Shown here: one piece after another, positions 28,985-41,229 of the stretch
Numbering within the stretch: position 1 is the stretch's first letter
How the letters are laid out: the number at the start of each line of letters is the position of its first letter
NCBI GenBank assembly: GCA_031366845.1
Contig: JANLOZ010000257.1
Location: 728-64,727 of the forward strand
DNA length: 64,000 nucleotides
DNA from: Novosphingobium sp.
GTDB lineage: Bacteria > Pseudomonadota > Alphaproteobacteria > Sphingomonadales > Sphingomonadaceae
Reading direction: 5' to 3'
The notes under the pieces: generated by a model
Told to the model about the DNA's origin: nothing
Seen by the model: only the letters and a program-made list of their open reading frames with translations
Database searches by the model: none
Position numbers and translations under genes: made by a program

Positions 28985-29000
28985 TTAGGCGAAGATTAAC
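28985..29000 (+). promoter_or_regulatory. probable CtrA box upstream of the M23 peptidase
   Basis: TTAG-GCGAAGA-TTAAC, one mismatch to TTAA-N7-TTAAC, 24 bp before the ATG. Confidence 0.5.
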
Positions 29001-29023
29001 CCTTATCGTGCAGGACTTGCCCC

Positions 29024-30586
29024 ATGTTCGAGGGGCAGATCTGCGGCGTTGCCGAGTTCGAAACACTGGAGGCTGATGCGGCTTTTCCAGCGGCCTGCGC
29101 TGTTGTGCCCGAACCAGCCAAGCCCGCCCCGTCATGGCGTCAGCCAATCGCGGCGATTCAATGGCACCTTGCTGACTGGGCCCCCGACCTTGCTGAGGAC
29201 ATTGGCAGCCGCCGCTGGCTGCGGGGGTTGGCTACGCTCGCTGCCCTGATGCTTACTGCCTTTGCCTTCTGGCCGAACTTTGAATTGCAGGCGGCTAATG
29301 GCATTCATGGCGACGGCGCGGTGCGCGACGAATTCCGCAGCCAGATGATCATGCCGCTGAGCCTTGGCGGCGAAAGCGGGCGGCATATGGGCGCGGGCCT
29401 GGCTGTCGCCACGCTGACATCTGCGCCCGAACGCTCGCGCGTCACCCTCACCGCCTTCGTTGCCGCCGGGGACAGCTTCATGCGGCTGCTCGAACGCGCC
29501 GGGGTTTCGAGCGACGATGCCGCGCGCGCTGCCGGAATGATCGCCAGCAAAGTCCCGCTCGGCCAGATCGCGCCGGGAACGCGGGTTGATATTGTGCTGG
29601 GTGACCGGCCTTCGGGCGGTGCACCACGCGCCTTGCAACGCGTCGATCTGCGCGCAAGTTTTGACATGAACCTTTCGCTCGCCCGGCGCGGACAGGATTT
29701 CGCGCTTTCGACCAGTGCCATTGCCATCGACAACACCCCTTTGCGCATTCGCGGCATTGTCGGCCCCAGCCTCTACCGCTCGGCGCGTGCGGCAGGAGCA
29801 TCGGTTGGTGCGATCCAGCAATATCTGCAGGCGCTCGACGGCCATCTCAGCCTGGAAGGCGATATTCAGCCCGGCGATTCGTTTGACATGATCATGAATT
29901 ACAAGCGCGCAGGTTCAGGCGAAGGCCAGTCGGGCGATGTGCTCTACGCAGGTCTGGTCCGTGCAGGCAGCCCGGTAACCGAACTGATGCGCTGGGGCAT
30001 TGGCAAGGACTTTTACGCCGCCGATGCGCTGACCAAACCGGTTGTCACCACCCAGACCAGCGGCATGATGATGCCGGTGCTTGGCCACATCACCTCGAAC
30101 TTCGGCATGCGGTTCCATCCGGTGCTCGGATATACGCGGATGCATGCCGGGGTGGATATCGGCGCTACATGGGGATCACCGATTCATGCCAGCGCTGATG
30201 GCGTGGTGACTTTCGCCGGGCGGCACGGCGGCCACGGCAACTATGTCCGGCTTGAACACGGCGGCGGGCTGGGCACGGGTTATGGCCATATGAGCACCAT
30301 TGTGGCGTGGAACGGCGAGCATGTCCGTGAAGGCCAGGTGATCGGCTATGTCGGATCAACAGGGCTCTCGACCGGGCCGCATCTGCACTACGAAATGTAT
30401 GATCACGGGAGGACTATCAACCCGCTGGGATCGCACATGGCGATGAGCTCGACTGTGACGCAGAAGGTCGATCCCGCGCAGGTTGCTGCCTTCAAGGCAA
30501 AGCTTGAACAATTGAAGAAGATCCGCCCCGGCGCGGCGCCCGGCACCGTTGCCATGGCGCGCGGGCCAAGCGCGGTTTTGCGCTGA
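29024..30586 (+). CDS. M23 family metallopeptidase (membrane-anchored)
   Basis: TM segment, RMHAGVD (HxxxD) and GLSTGPHLHYE (HxH) motifs. Confidence 0.92.
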   Translation: MFEGQICGVAEFETLEADAAFPAACAVVPEPAKPAPSWRQPIAAIQWHLADWAPDLAEDIGSRRWLRGLATLAALMLTAFAFWPNFELQAANGIHGDGAVRDEFRSQMIMPLSLGGESGRHMGAGLAVATLTSAPERSRVTLTAFVAAGDSFMRLLERAGVSSDDAARAAGMIASKVPLGQIAPGTRVDIVLGDRPSGGAPRALQRVDLRASFDMNLSLARRGQDFALSTSAIAIDNTPLRIRGIVGPSLYRSARAAGASVGAIQQYLQALDGHLSLEGDIQPGDSFDMIMNYKRAGSGEGQSGDVLYAGLVRAGSPVTELMRWGIGKDFYAADALTKPVVTTQTSGMMMPVLGHITSNFGMRFHPVLGYTRMHAGVDIGATWGSPIHASADGVVTFAGRHGGHGNYVRLEHGGGLGTGYGHMSTIVAWNGEHVREGQVIGYVGSTGLSTGPHLHYEMYDHGRTINPLGSHMAMSSTVTQKVDPAQVAAFKAKLEQLKKIRPGAAPGTVAMARGPSAVLR

Positions 30587-30627
30587 ACGATTGATGCGCG
30601 CGCCGCTTTGCGGCAGGAGGGCGCACG

Positions 30628-31626
30628 ATGACCACGCCCAGCTATCCCGCCACGCGCCTGCGCCGCGCGCGCGCCGCGCCATGGAGCCGCGCGCTCCACC
30701 GTGAAACCGTGCTCACCCCGGCAGACCTGATCTGGCCGCTGTTCGTCACTGATGGCAGCGGGGTTGAAGAACCGATCACCTCGCTACCCGGCATCTCGCG
30801 CTGGTCGGCTGATCTGATCGCCATGCACGCCAGGGAGGCAATGGCGCTGGGCATTCCTTGCATCGCGCTGTTTCCCAATACCCAGGCAGGCCTGCGCGAT
30901 GCCACCGGCAAAGAAGCCCTCAACCCCGATAACCTGATGTGCCGCGCAATCCGGGCGATCCGCGATGTCTGCGGCGATGGCATCGGCGTGCTGACCGACG
31001 TGGCGCTCGATCCTTATACCAGCCACGGGCAAGATGGCCTGATCGATGATGCAGGCTATGTGCTCAACGATGCCACGGTTGCTGTGCTTACGGGACAGAG
31101 CCTTAATCAGGCCGCAGCCGGCGCGGATATCATCGCGCCGTCCGACATGATGGATGGCCGCATCGGCGTGATCCGCGCGGCGCTTGAAGCGGGCGGCCAC
31201 CACAACGTCCAGATCATGAGCTATGCCGCCAAATACGCCTCGGCGTTCTATGGGCCATTCCGCGATGCTGTGGGCAGCGCGGGGCTCCTTAAAGGCGACA
31301 AGAAAACCTACCAGATGGACCCGGCCAACGGCGACGAAGCCTTGCGCGAAGTTGCCATGGACATTGCCGAGGGCGCGGACAGCGTGATGGTCAAGCCCGG
31401 CCTGCCCTATCTAGACATCGTCCGCCGGGTAAAGGAACGTTTCGAAATCCCGGTCTTCGCCTATCAGGTGAGCGGCGAATACGCGATGATCGAAGCGGCT
31501 GTTGCAGCGGGTGCGGGCGAACGAGACGCACTGGTGCTCGAAACGCTGATGGCCTTCAAACGCGCGGGCTGTTCGGGGGTGCTGACCTACCACGCAGCGC
31601 ATGCGGCGCGGTTACTTGACGCGTGA
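30628..31626 (+). CDS. hemB: porphobilinogen synthase
   Basis: TDVALDPYTSHGQDG, APSDMMDGR, MSYAAKYASAFYGPFRDA, MVKPG and YQVSGEY motifs. Confidence 0.97.
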   Translation: MTTPSYPATRLRRARAAPWSRALHRETVLTPADLIWPLFVTDGSGVEEPITSLPGISRWSADLIAMHAREAMALGIPCIALFPNTQAGLRDATGKEALNPDNLMCRAIRAIRDVCGDGIGVLTDVALDPYTSHGQDGLIDDAGYVLNDATVAVLTGQSLNQAAAGADIIAPSDMMDGRIGVIRAALEAGGHHNVQIMSYAAKYASAFYGPFRDAVGSAGLLKGDKKTYQMDPANGDEALREVAMDIAEGADSVMVKPGLPYLDIVRRVKERFEIPVFAYQVSGEYAMIEAAVAAGAGERDALVLETLMAFKRAGCSGVLTYHAAHAARLLDA

Positions 31627-32177
31627 TTGAAAGCGCGCGCCTGATTTTGCGCCTACCCGAAGCGGCAGACCTCGGTTGGAACCTATCCCATTGCAACACA
31701 CAAGCCGTCATGCGCCATCTTGGCGGGCCGCGCAGCGAAGCCTCGGTTACCGCGAGTTTTGAAAGCAACCGCGTTGCACTGATCCGGGGCGAACTCGGGT
31801 TCTGGACGGTGATAGAGCGTGAGACCGGCGCACAAGTTGGCAAATGCGGACTTGGCAAAATCGATTCACCTGCCGCCCCTGCTGAAATGCAGGGCGCTGC
31901 GCAAATTGGCTGGACCTTTGCCGAACCTTTCTGGGGCCAGGGTTTCGCCAGCGAAGCTGCGCGGGCGGTGATCGGTTACGCCTTTGGCGCTCTCGGCCTG
32001 CCGGTTATCTGGTCGCAAACCAGCGCATCGAACGATGCTTCCACCCGGATGATGACCCGCCTTGGATTTGAACAGTGCGCGACGCTGGATTACGTTGATT
32101 CGGATTATCCGCCCGAAGACAACCCGACAACAGTCTACCGGATCGTCCGCAACGCAGAAGCTTTCGCGAATGGCTAG
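31623..32177 (+). CDS. GNAT family N-acetyltransferase (RimJ/RimL-like)
   Basis: IESARLILR, QIGWTFAEPFWGQGFASEAA and NDASTRMMTRLG motifs. Confidence 0.85.
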   Translation: MIESARLILRLPEAADLGWNLSHCNTQAVMRHLGGPRSEASVTASFESNRVALIRGELGFWTVIERETGAQVGKCGLGKIDSPAAPAEMQGAAQIGWTFAEPFWGQGFASEAARAVIGYAFGALGLPVIWSQTSASNDASTRMMTRLGFEQCATLDYVDSDYPPEDNPTTVYRIVRNAEAFANG

Positions 32178-32724
32178 CACGCGAATCGAGACCGATCGGC
32201 TGGTGTTGCGCGATTGGCGCGAGGAAGATTGGGCCCCGTTTTTTGAGGGCACCAACACGCCTGAAGGCATGCGCTGGCTCGGCGGGGTGCTGGATGCCGA
32301 GGGCAAGGCGCGCCAGCGCGCGCGGCTGGAAGGCTATGCAGCCGATTACGGGCACACGTTCTGGCCGGTCGAGCGCAAGCATGACGGCGCAATCATCGGC
32401 TTTTGCGGGCTCAAGCGGTCAAACCAGCCTGGCGGGCCGCAGGACGATTTCGAAGTGGGCTGGCGGCTTCGACAGGATGTCTGGGGTCAGGGCTATGCCA
32501 GGGACGTAGCGCTTGCCACGCTCGATCACGCATTCGGCGCGTTTGATGCGCCGCATGTTCTGGCGCTGACGGTTGCAGGAAACGCGCCAAGCTGGGGCCT
32601 GATGGAACGCCTAGGTATGGTGCGACGTGCCGATCTCGATTTCGATAATGCCGAATTCGATCCGGAAACCGGGCGTATCATTGTTTATGCAATTACTCGG
32701 CAGATGTGGATCGCGCGCCAGTGA
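32170..32724 (+). CDS. GNAT family N-acetyltransferase (RimJ/RimL-like)
   Basis: IETDRLVLR, EVGWRL...WGQGYA and NAPSWGLMERLGM motifs; tandem paralog of the previous gene. Confidence 0.87.
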   Translation: MASTRIETDRLVLRDWREEDWAPFFEGTNTPEGMRWLGGVLDAEGKARQRARLEGYAADYGHTFWPVERKHDGAIIGFCGLKRSNQPGGPQDDFEVGWRLRQDVWGQGYARDVALATLDHAFGAFDAPHVLALTVAGNAPSWGLMERLGMVRRADLDFDNAEFDPETGRIIVYAITRQMWIARQ

Positions 32725-34940
32725 TTACCCGCCCACCGGCAAGTCGCGCGCTGTTTTTAGCAACAATCCTCACCGGATCGTTTCTGTTGTTCCTCGTCCA
32801 GCCGATGGTTGCACGCATGGCACTGCCGCGGCTGGGCGGGGCCTCGGCGGTGTGGAACAGCGCGATGCTGGTCTATCAGGCGCTGCTGCTCGGCGGCTAT
32901 GCCTATGCCCACGCGCTGTCACGGCTGACGATACGGTCGCAGGCGGCGGTGCATATCGGGCTGTTGCTGCTTGCGGGGCTGACGCTTCCGGTTGGGCTGG
33001 CTGCCCTGCCGCCACCGCGCCCCGGAACCGAGGTTATCTGGGTCCCGTTGCTGCTGACACTGTCAATCGGGCCCACGTTTTTCGCAGTGTCAGCCCAAGC
33101 CCCGCTGATGCAGCGCTGGTTCGCAGCCGATGCCACAGCGGGCGCGCCGTGGGCGCTCTATGCGGCATCGAATATCGGCAGCTTTTCCGGGTTGATCGCC
33201 TATCCGTTGATCGCCGAACCGCTGCTGTCGCTGCGCCAGCAAGGCTGGGCATGGACGCTGGGTTATGCTGTGTTGATTGGGCTTGTGGCGTTGTGCGCTT
33301 GGGCGCGCTGGCGGGGGCCGGATCAGCCAGCTGCCGATCTGCCGCAAACCAAAACACCGATCGCCACCAGGACGATCCTGCTCTGGCTCGCGCTGGCTGC
33401 GGTTCCCTCGGGGCTGATGCTCTCTACCACCACGCACCTGACAACCGACCTGTTCGCCATGCCGATGCTCTGGGTGCTGCCGCTGGGGCTCTATCTGCTG
33501 AGCTTTGTCGCCGCCTTTGCCGAGCATCGCGGGGCGGCGAATGTGCTGTCGGTTCTGGCTTGGGTGGCGATGCTGACCGCTGGCGGCATGGCGATGATAT
33601 CGCGCGGATCGAGCGGGCTTGCCCCGGTTCTGGCATCGCTGCTGCTGCTGTTCCTTATCTGCACCGCGCTCCACGCCCGGCTCTATGATCTGCGGCCCGA
33701 GCCTGGGCGGCTGACGCTGTACTATCTGGTTATGGCAGCGGGCGGTGCGCTTGGCGGCATGTTCACCGCGCTCGTCGCACCTGCGCTGTTCGACTGGGTC
33801 TGGGAGCACCCGCTGCTGGTCCTCGTTGCCGCGCTGCTACTCCCGCGCGCGAAGCTGCTCGATTGGCGGGCGATGCCCGGGCTGGAGCCGGAAATGGCGC
33901 GCGTAGGGATGGTCACGCTCACTTTGACCGCCACTTTCTGCCTGTGGCGGCTTTACGACACCAACGCTTATGTCGATGCCGGAATCTACCGCTGGACCTG
34001 GGCCGGCTGCGCCGGTCTGATCGGACTGGCCTTGGTGCCATGGCGGGGCCTTTGTACCGCGGTTGTGCTCGCTTTGATGCTGGTTCAGGGCGGGTTCGAG
34101 ACGATTGGCAATTCGCTCGATCACATCCGCACGCGGTCTTACTACGGCGTTTACACCGTGCGCGATTACCCCACCTTGCATGTCCGCTCGCTCGCGCATG
34201 GTACGACGATCCACGGCGAACAGTCGACCGATCCGGCGTCGATGCAAATACCGCTCACTTATTACGGACCCGGCGCAGGTGCGGGCATTGTCTTCGGCAA
34301 TGGTTCTGTGCTGTTTCCGGGCGGCCCCCGCGTCGGCGTGCTCGGGCTGGGCGTCGGAACGCTCGCCTGCTTCAACCGGCCGGGCTGGGCGATGACATTC
34401 TACGAGATCGATCCGCTGGTTCTGCGCCTGTCGCGCGACGGCACCTTCAGTTATCTTCGCCACTGCGCAGCTCACGCACCCGTTAGGATCGGTGATGCAC
34501 GGCTGGCAATTGCCTCGGCCGCGCCGGGCAGCTTCGATCTGCTGGCGATTGACGCTTTTTCGTCGGATTCGGTGCCGCTCCACCTGTTCACGCACGAGGC
34601 TTTCGGCACCTATCTGCGCGCGCTTTCGCCGCACGGCGTCATGATGGTCAACATATCGAACCGTTTTATCGAGCTCGAACCGCCGCTTGCTGCCGAACTG
34701 CGCGCGCGGCACCTGTTTGCGCAGGTGCGTGACGATACGCCCGAGGGCGATACCGAATTGACCGCCTCAACATGGGTGGCGGTCTCGCGTGATCCGGCGC
34801 AGTTGCAACGGATCGCCGCGCTCGCCCCCGCCAAAGCATGGCGCGATCTCGCCCCGTCTGCCGCGCGCATCTGGACTGATGACCACGCCTCGATCCTGCC
34901 CTATGTCCGCTGGCACAACTTTTTCGGAACCAGACAATGA
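32706..34940 (+). CDS. fused MFS / spermidine-synthase-like methyltransferase membrane protein
   Basis: GSFLLFLVQPM, LYAASNIGS, HGTTIHG, GLGVGTLA, EIDP and IDAFSSDSVPLHL motifs. Confidence 0.88.
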   Translation: MDRAPVITRPPASRALFLATILTGSFLLFLVQPMVARMALPRLGGASAVWNSAMLVYQALLLGGYAYAHALSRLTIRSQAAVHIGLLLLAGLTLPVGLAALPPPRPGTEVIWVPLLLTLSIGPTFFAVSAQAPLMQRWFAADATAGAPWALYAASNIGSFSGLIAYPLIAEPLLSLRQQGWAWTLGYAVLIGLVALCAWARWRGPDQPAADLPQTKTPIATRTILLWLALAAVPSGLMLSTTTHLTTDLFAMPMLWVLPLGLYLLSFVAAFAEHRGAANVLSVLAWVAMLTAGGMAMISRGSSGLAPVLASLLLLFLICTALHARLYDLRPEPGRLTLYYLVMAAGGALGGMFTALVAPALFDWVWEHPLLVLVAALLLPRAKLLDWRAMPGLEPEMARVGMVTLTLTATFCLWRLYDTNAYVDAGIYRWTWAGCAGLIGLALVPWRGLCTAVVLALMLVQGGFETIGNSLDHIRTRSYYGVYTVRDYPTLHVRSLAHGTTIHGEQSTDPASMQIPLTYYGPGAGAGIVFGNGSVLFPGGPRVGVLGLGVGTLACFNRPGWAMTFYEIDPLVLRLSRDGTFSYLRHCAAHAPVRIGDARLAIASAAPGSFDLLAIDAFSSDSVPLHLFTHEAFGTYLRALSPHGVMMVNISNRFIELEPPLAAELRARHLFAQVRDDTPEGDTELTASTWVAVSRDPAQLQRIAALAPAKAWRDLAPSAARIWTDDHASILPYVRWHNFFGTRQ

Positions 34941-35521
34941 GCACGAGTGCATTTGACAAGGGAATTCGGCCGGGCGTGACGATCACCGCCTTCAACGGCA
35001 AGACCCCGCGCATTCACGATTCAGCGTGGATCGCGCCGGGCTGCCACATTATCGGCGATGTCGAGATCGGTGCGGATTCGTCGGTCTGGTACAATTGCGT
35101 GCTGCGCGGCGATGCCAACAGGATTATCATCGGCGCGCGGACCAATATTCAGGATGGCTCGGTGATCCACGCTGACAGCCCCAATCCGAAGCGGCCCGAA
35201 GGCCTGCCGACGATCATAGGGGACGATGTCCTGATCGGCCACATGGTCATGCTCCACGGATCGGTGCTTGAAGACCGCGCGTTCGTGGGCATCGGGACAA
35301 TTGTCCTTGATGGTTGCCATTTCGAGAGCGATTCGATGCTTGCGGCAGGCGCGATGATGACCCCGGGCAAGCGCATCCCCTCGCGCCAGCTTTGGGGCGG
35401 GCGACCCGCCGTGTTCATGCGCGAACTGAACGATATGCAACTGGCAGAAATGCAAGCGGGGGTGCGCAGCTATGTGATCAACGCGCAGATGCACCGCGCC
35501 GCTCTGGCTGACCAAGGCTAG
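34937..35521 (+). CDS. gamma carbonic anhydrase family protein
   Basis: IIGDVEIG, IGARTNIQDGSVIH and IGHMVMLHG hexapeptide repeats. Confidence 0.92.
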   Translation: MSTSAFDKGIRPGVTITAFNGKTPRIHDSAWIAPGCHIIGDVEIGADSSVWYNCVLRGDANRIIIGARTNIQDGSVIHADSPNPKRPEGLPTIIGDDVLIGHMVMLHGSVLEDRAFVGIGTIVLDGCHFESDSMLAAGAMMTPGKRIPSRQLWGGRPAVFMRELNDMQLAEMQAGVRSYVINAQMHRAALADQG

Positions 35522-35569
35522 CGACAGAGTCGCGCAGCGCAACGTATTTGTCTCCGATTTGCACCCCGC

Positions 35570-37948
<2,379 letters not shown>

Positions 37949-38081
37949 CAGGCTTGGCTTTCAAAAGCCCGCTTGGAGCGGGAGGGTAGAACGATGAGAC
38001 TGCCGGAGAGTGCATATCCAGCCGATGAACAGGAACAGTTAAGCAGGCATAAGCGCAAATGTATTGGCGCGCGCACGATTA

Positions 38082-38282
38082 TCAACTCTTCGGCTTGAAA
38101 AAGGCATCGGCGGCAAGGCGGTGCGCCTCGGCCTTGCCCTTATGCGCGCGCACCCTGGCGATCTCGTTCTCGAGCTGTTCGATCCGCGCATAAAGCTCGG
38201 CGCGCGAATAGGAATCGAGGCTTTCCTTTGCCAGAAGGCTCGCGGCGTCACCCTTGCGGGCGGGAAGATCGTCATCATCCAT
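38082..38282 (-). CDS. DUF1192 domain small coiled-coil protein
   Basis: LDSYSRAELYARIEQLENEIAR...AADAFFK. The ATG at 38282 is preferred because a TTGACT-N17-GATTCT promoter would start at about 38284. Confidence 0.8.
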   Translation of the reverse strand: MDDDDLPARKGDAASLLAKESLDSYSRAELYARIEQLENEIARVRAHKGKAEAHRLAADAFFKPKS

Positions 38283-38378
38283 CAGCATGCAGAATCGAAC
38301 GCGTTGCGCTGCAAGTCAACCACCCGCTACAAGACGCTGTAACGCGTTGCCGGAATGCCACAAGGGGGTGCCGAATCG

Positions 38379-39398
38379 ATGAGCCTGCCTGAAACTATGC
38401 CAGACACCATGCCCGATACCATGACCGCGATTGGCTTTGATGCTCCCGGCGAACCAGCGGTGCTAAAGCCACAGATTCTCCCCGTTCCGCAGCCGGGTCC
38501 GGGCGAAGTTCTGATCAAGGTTGCCTATGCCGGGGTCAATCGCCCGGATGTGGCGCAGCGGCAGGGATCCTATCCGCCACCCAAGGGTGCATCACCGATT
38601 CCGGGGCTGGAGATTGCCGGGGAAGTCGTGGCGCTGGGCGCGGGCGTCGAAAACGACAAGATTGGCCGCCGCGTCTGCGCGCTGGTTTCGGGCGGCGGTT
38701 ATGCCGAATATTGCCTGGCCCAGGCCGCGCACTGCCTGCCGGTGCCGCCGGGCCTGCCGCTCGATCAGGCGGCCGCGTTGCCCGAGACTTTGCTCACCGT
38801 CTGGCACAACATCTTTGAGCGCGCCTATGCCCGCGACGGCGAAACGATCCTTGTCCACGGCGGAACCAGCGGCATCGGTTCTATGGCGATCATGCTGGGC
38901 AAGCTGTTTGGCCTCACGGTTATCGTCACTTGCGGGACCCCGCAAAAATGCGCCGCCGCGCTGGAAATCGGCGCGGCGCACGCGATTGATTACAAGGCGC
39001 AGGACTACGTTGCAGAGGTGCAGCGCATCACCGACGGCGTGGGGGTGCAGGTGGTGCTCGATATGGTTTCGGGCGAATATGTCGCCCGCAATATGCGCTG
39101 CCTTGCCGAAGACGGCCGCCACGTCACCATCGCGGTGCAGGGCGGGATGAAGGCTGAGATCAACATGGCGGTGGTCATGGTCCGGCGGCTGACGCTCAGC
39201 GGATCAACGCTGCGCCCGCGTTCGAACGAATTCAAGGCTCTGCTGGTGAATGAGGTGCTCGATAATGCCTGGCCGATGGTCGCTGAAGGCGCGTTGCGTC
39301 CGGTGATGGACATGACATTTCCGCTCGCTGAGGCCGCAGCGGCGCACACGCGGATGGAGGCTGGGGCGCATATCGGCAAGATTGTCTTGAAGGTTTGA
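38379..39398 (+). CDS. NAD(P)H-quinone oxidoreductase (PIG3 family)
   Basis: GVNRPDVAQRQG, PGLEIAG, HGGTSGIG, GSTLRPR and HIGKIVL motifs. Confidence 0.92.
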   Translation: MSLPETMPDTMPDTMTAIGFDAPGEPAVLKPQILPVPQPGPGEVLIKVAYAGVNRPDVAQRQGSYPPPKGASPIPGLEIAGEVVALGAGVENDKIGRRVCALVSGGGYAEYCLAQAAHCLPVPPGLPLDQAAALPETLLTVWHNIFERAYARDGETILVHGGTSGIGSMAIMLGKLFGLTVIVTCGTPQKCAAALEIGAAHAIDYKAQDYVAEVQRITDGVGVQVVLDMVSGEYVARNMRCLAEDGRHVTIAVQGGMKAEINMAVVMVRRLTLSGSTLRPRSNEFKALLVNEVLDNAWPMVAEGALRPVMDMTFPLAEAAAAHTRMEAGAHIGKIVLKV

Positions 39399-40030
39399 AA
39401 GTGGAAAAGCTGACCCTCCACGAATACACCGACAGCGGCAATTGCTATAAGATCCGGCTGACCGCCGCCTTGCTCGGCCTGACGCTTGAGCGGCGCGAAT
39501 ATGACATCCTGAAGGGCGAAACCCGAACGGCGGAATTCCTTGCCAATGTTAATGCCAATGGCCGCATCCCGGTGCTGCAAATCGCCGACGGCCAACAAGT
39601 GCGCTTGCTGCCCGAAAGCAACGCCGCCTGCTGGTATCTTGCAGAAGGCTCGGCGCTGATCCCGCAAGATCGTTTCGCCCGCGCCGACATGCTGCGCTGG
39701 ATGTTTTTCGAACAATACAACCACGAGCCAAATGTGGCGACGCTGCGATTCTGGCTGGCTTTTGTTGGCGAGGGCAATTTGAACGCCATGCAGCGCAGCC
39801 AGCTCGCCGGGAAACGTGCGAGCGGCGAGGTGGCGCTCAAGCTGATGGACGAACATCTTGAAAAACAAGACTGGTTCGTCGGAACGTCCGCAAGCCTCGC
39901 TGACATCGCGCTCTACGCCTATACCCACGTGGCGGAGGACGGCGGCTTCCAGCTGGGCGACTATCCGGCTCTTGCCCGGTGGCTCGGGCGCATTGCGGCG
40001 CTGCCGGGCTATATCGCGCTAAGCAATTGA
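39395..40030 (+). CDS. glutathione S-transferase family protein
   Basis: SGNCYKIRL, GRIPVL, LPESNA and SLADIALYAYTH motifs. Confidence 0.92.
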   Translation: MKVEKLTLHEYTDSGNCYKIRLTAALLGLTLERREYDILKGETRTAEFLANVNANGRIPVLQIADGQQVRLLPESNAACWYLAEGSALIPQDRFARADMLRWMFFEQYNHEPNVATLRFWLAFVGEGNLNAMQRSQLAGKRASGEVALKLMDEHLEKQDWFVGTSASLADIALYAYTHVAEDGGFQLGDYPALARWLGRIAALPGYIALSN

Positions 40031-40307
40031 ACTGCGGCATTCATGTCGCACGCATGGCCGAACCGCAAAAAATGGATGCCGCATGCAGCAGACCCCTTGG
40101 TTGGTGCGTATCCTCCTTGGTCTGCTGAAAAATTCGGCAGGCGCTAGCGAAGGATCGCTATCATGAGTGCAAGAACCGCACCGTCCCCGCTGCAGGTCCA
40201 AGGCTTGCGTTTCCCCGCTTGCTCCTTGGACATCATTCGCCTAAACGGCACCGGCAAGGCCGCTCCGGAAAGGGGCGGCCCTACTTATTTTACGCCGGAG
40301 AAAACCC

Positions 40308-41003
40308 GTGACCCAGCCCACCCCGCTGATGCCCCATGCAACGGCATCGTGGCTCGTTGATACCACCGCACTGACCTTTGAACAGATCGCCGAGTTCTGC
40401 GGGCTGCACATTCTTGAAGTGCAGGCGATGGCCGACGATCTCGCCAGTTCGAAATATACCGGGCGTGATCCGGTGCGTTCGGGCGAGCTGACCATGGCCG
40501 AGATCGAAAAAGGTCAGGACGATCCGGCTTACGCGCTCAAAATGCAAAAAGCCCCGGTCAATGTGAGCCGCACCAAGGGCCCGCGTTATACCCCGGTTTC
40601 GAAGCGGCAGGACAAGCCCGATGGCATCGCCTGGATCATCCGCAACCACCCGGAAATTTCCGACGCGCAGATCGGCAAGCTGATCGGCACGACGCGCAAC
40701 ACGATCACCGCGATCCGTGATCGCAGCCACTGGAACATCGCCAATATCATGGCGAAGGATCCGGTAACGCTGGGGCTGTGCTCGCAGCGCGAACTCGATG
40801 CCATTGTCGCCAAGGTCGCCAAGAAGGCCGGGATTGTCGATACCGAGGCCGAAATGCGGCTGGGCAATGATCGCGAGGCGCTGATCGAGGAACTGCGCGC
40901 CGAACGCGATGCCGCGACCAAGGTTGCCAGCCAAGCCGCGCAGGAAGCGGAAGCTGCGGCGTGGCTCGAAGCAAAGCGCGCTGCTGAGGCGGCCGGGGAA
41001 TAG
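40308..41003 (+). CDS. trcR: cell cycle transcriptional regulator TrcR (DUF1013)
   Basis: PLMPHATASWLVD, RYTPVSKRQDKPDGIAW and DPVTLGLCSQRELD motifs. Confidence 0.88.
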   Translation: MTQPTPLMPHATASWLVDTTALTFEQIAEFCGLHILEVQAMADDLASSKYTGRDPVRSGELTMAEIEKGQDDPAYALKMQKAPVNVSRTKGPRYTPVSKRQDKPDGIAWIIRNHPEISDAQIGKLIGTTRNTITAIRDRSHWNIANIMAKDPVTLGLCSQRELDAIVAKVAKKAGIVDTEAEMRLGNDREALIEELRAERDAATKVASQAAQEAEAAAWLEAKRAAEAAGE

Positions 41004-41229
41004 GCTGGCTTTTCGGCAACGCACAAGCAGTCAAAGGCACAAAGTTCAAGCGCCTTTGGTTAAGCCGATTTCATCGTGAAGCCTTCGCGCCCGCGCACTG
41101 AAGTGGGTCGCAATGCTGACACCTGACGCAATCCTCGTTGCGTCTTTGCCTCTTTAAGTGATCCAAACTTTCTTCACTTCGCAGGTGCCAGCAGAAACAT
41201 CTTTGCTTGCCCTTTGTCTGCGCCTCGGC

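Noticed and set aside
37949-38081. No clpS next to clpA
   Set aside because: clpS can be located elsewhere in the genome; this cannot be judged from the window.
41125-41155. GACGCAA-TCCTCG-TTGCGTC hairpin followed by a T-rich tract
   Set aside because: Adequately explained as a terminator downstream of trcR; too little evidence for an sRNA.
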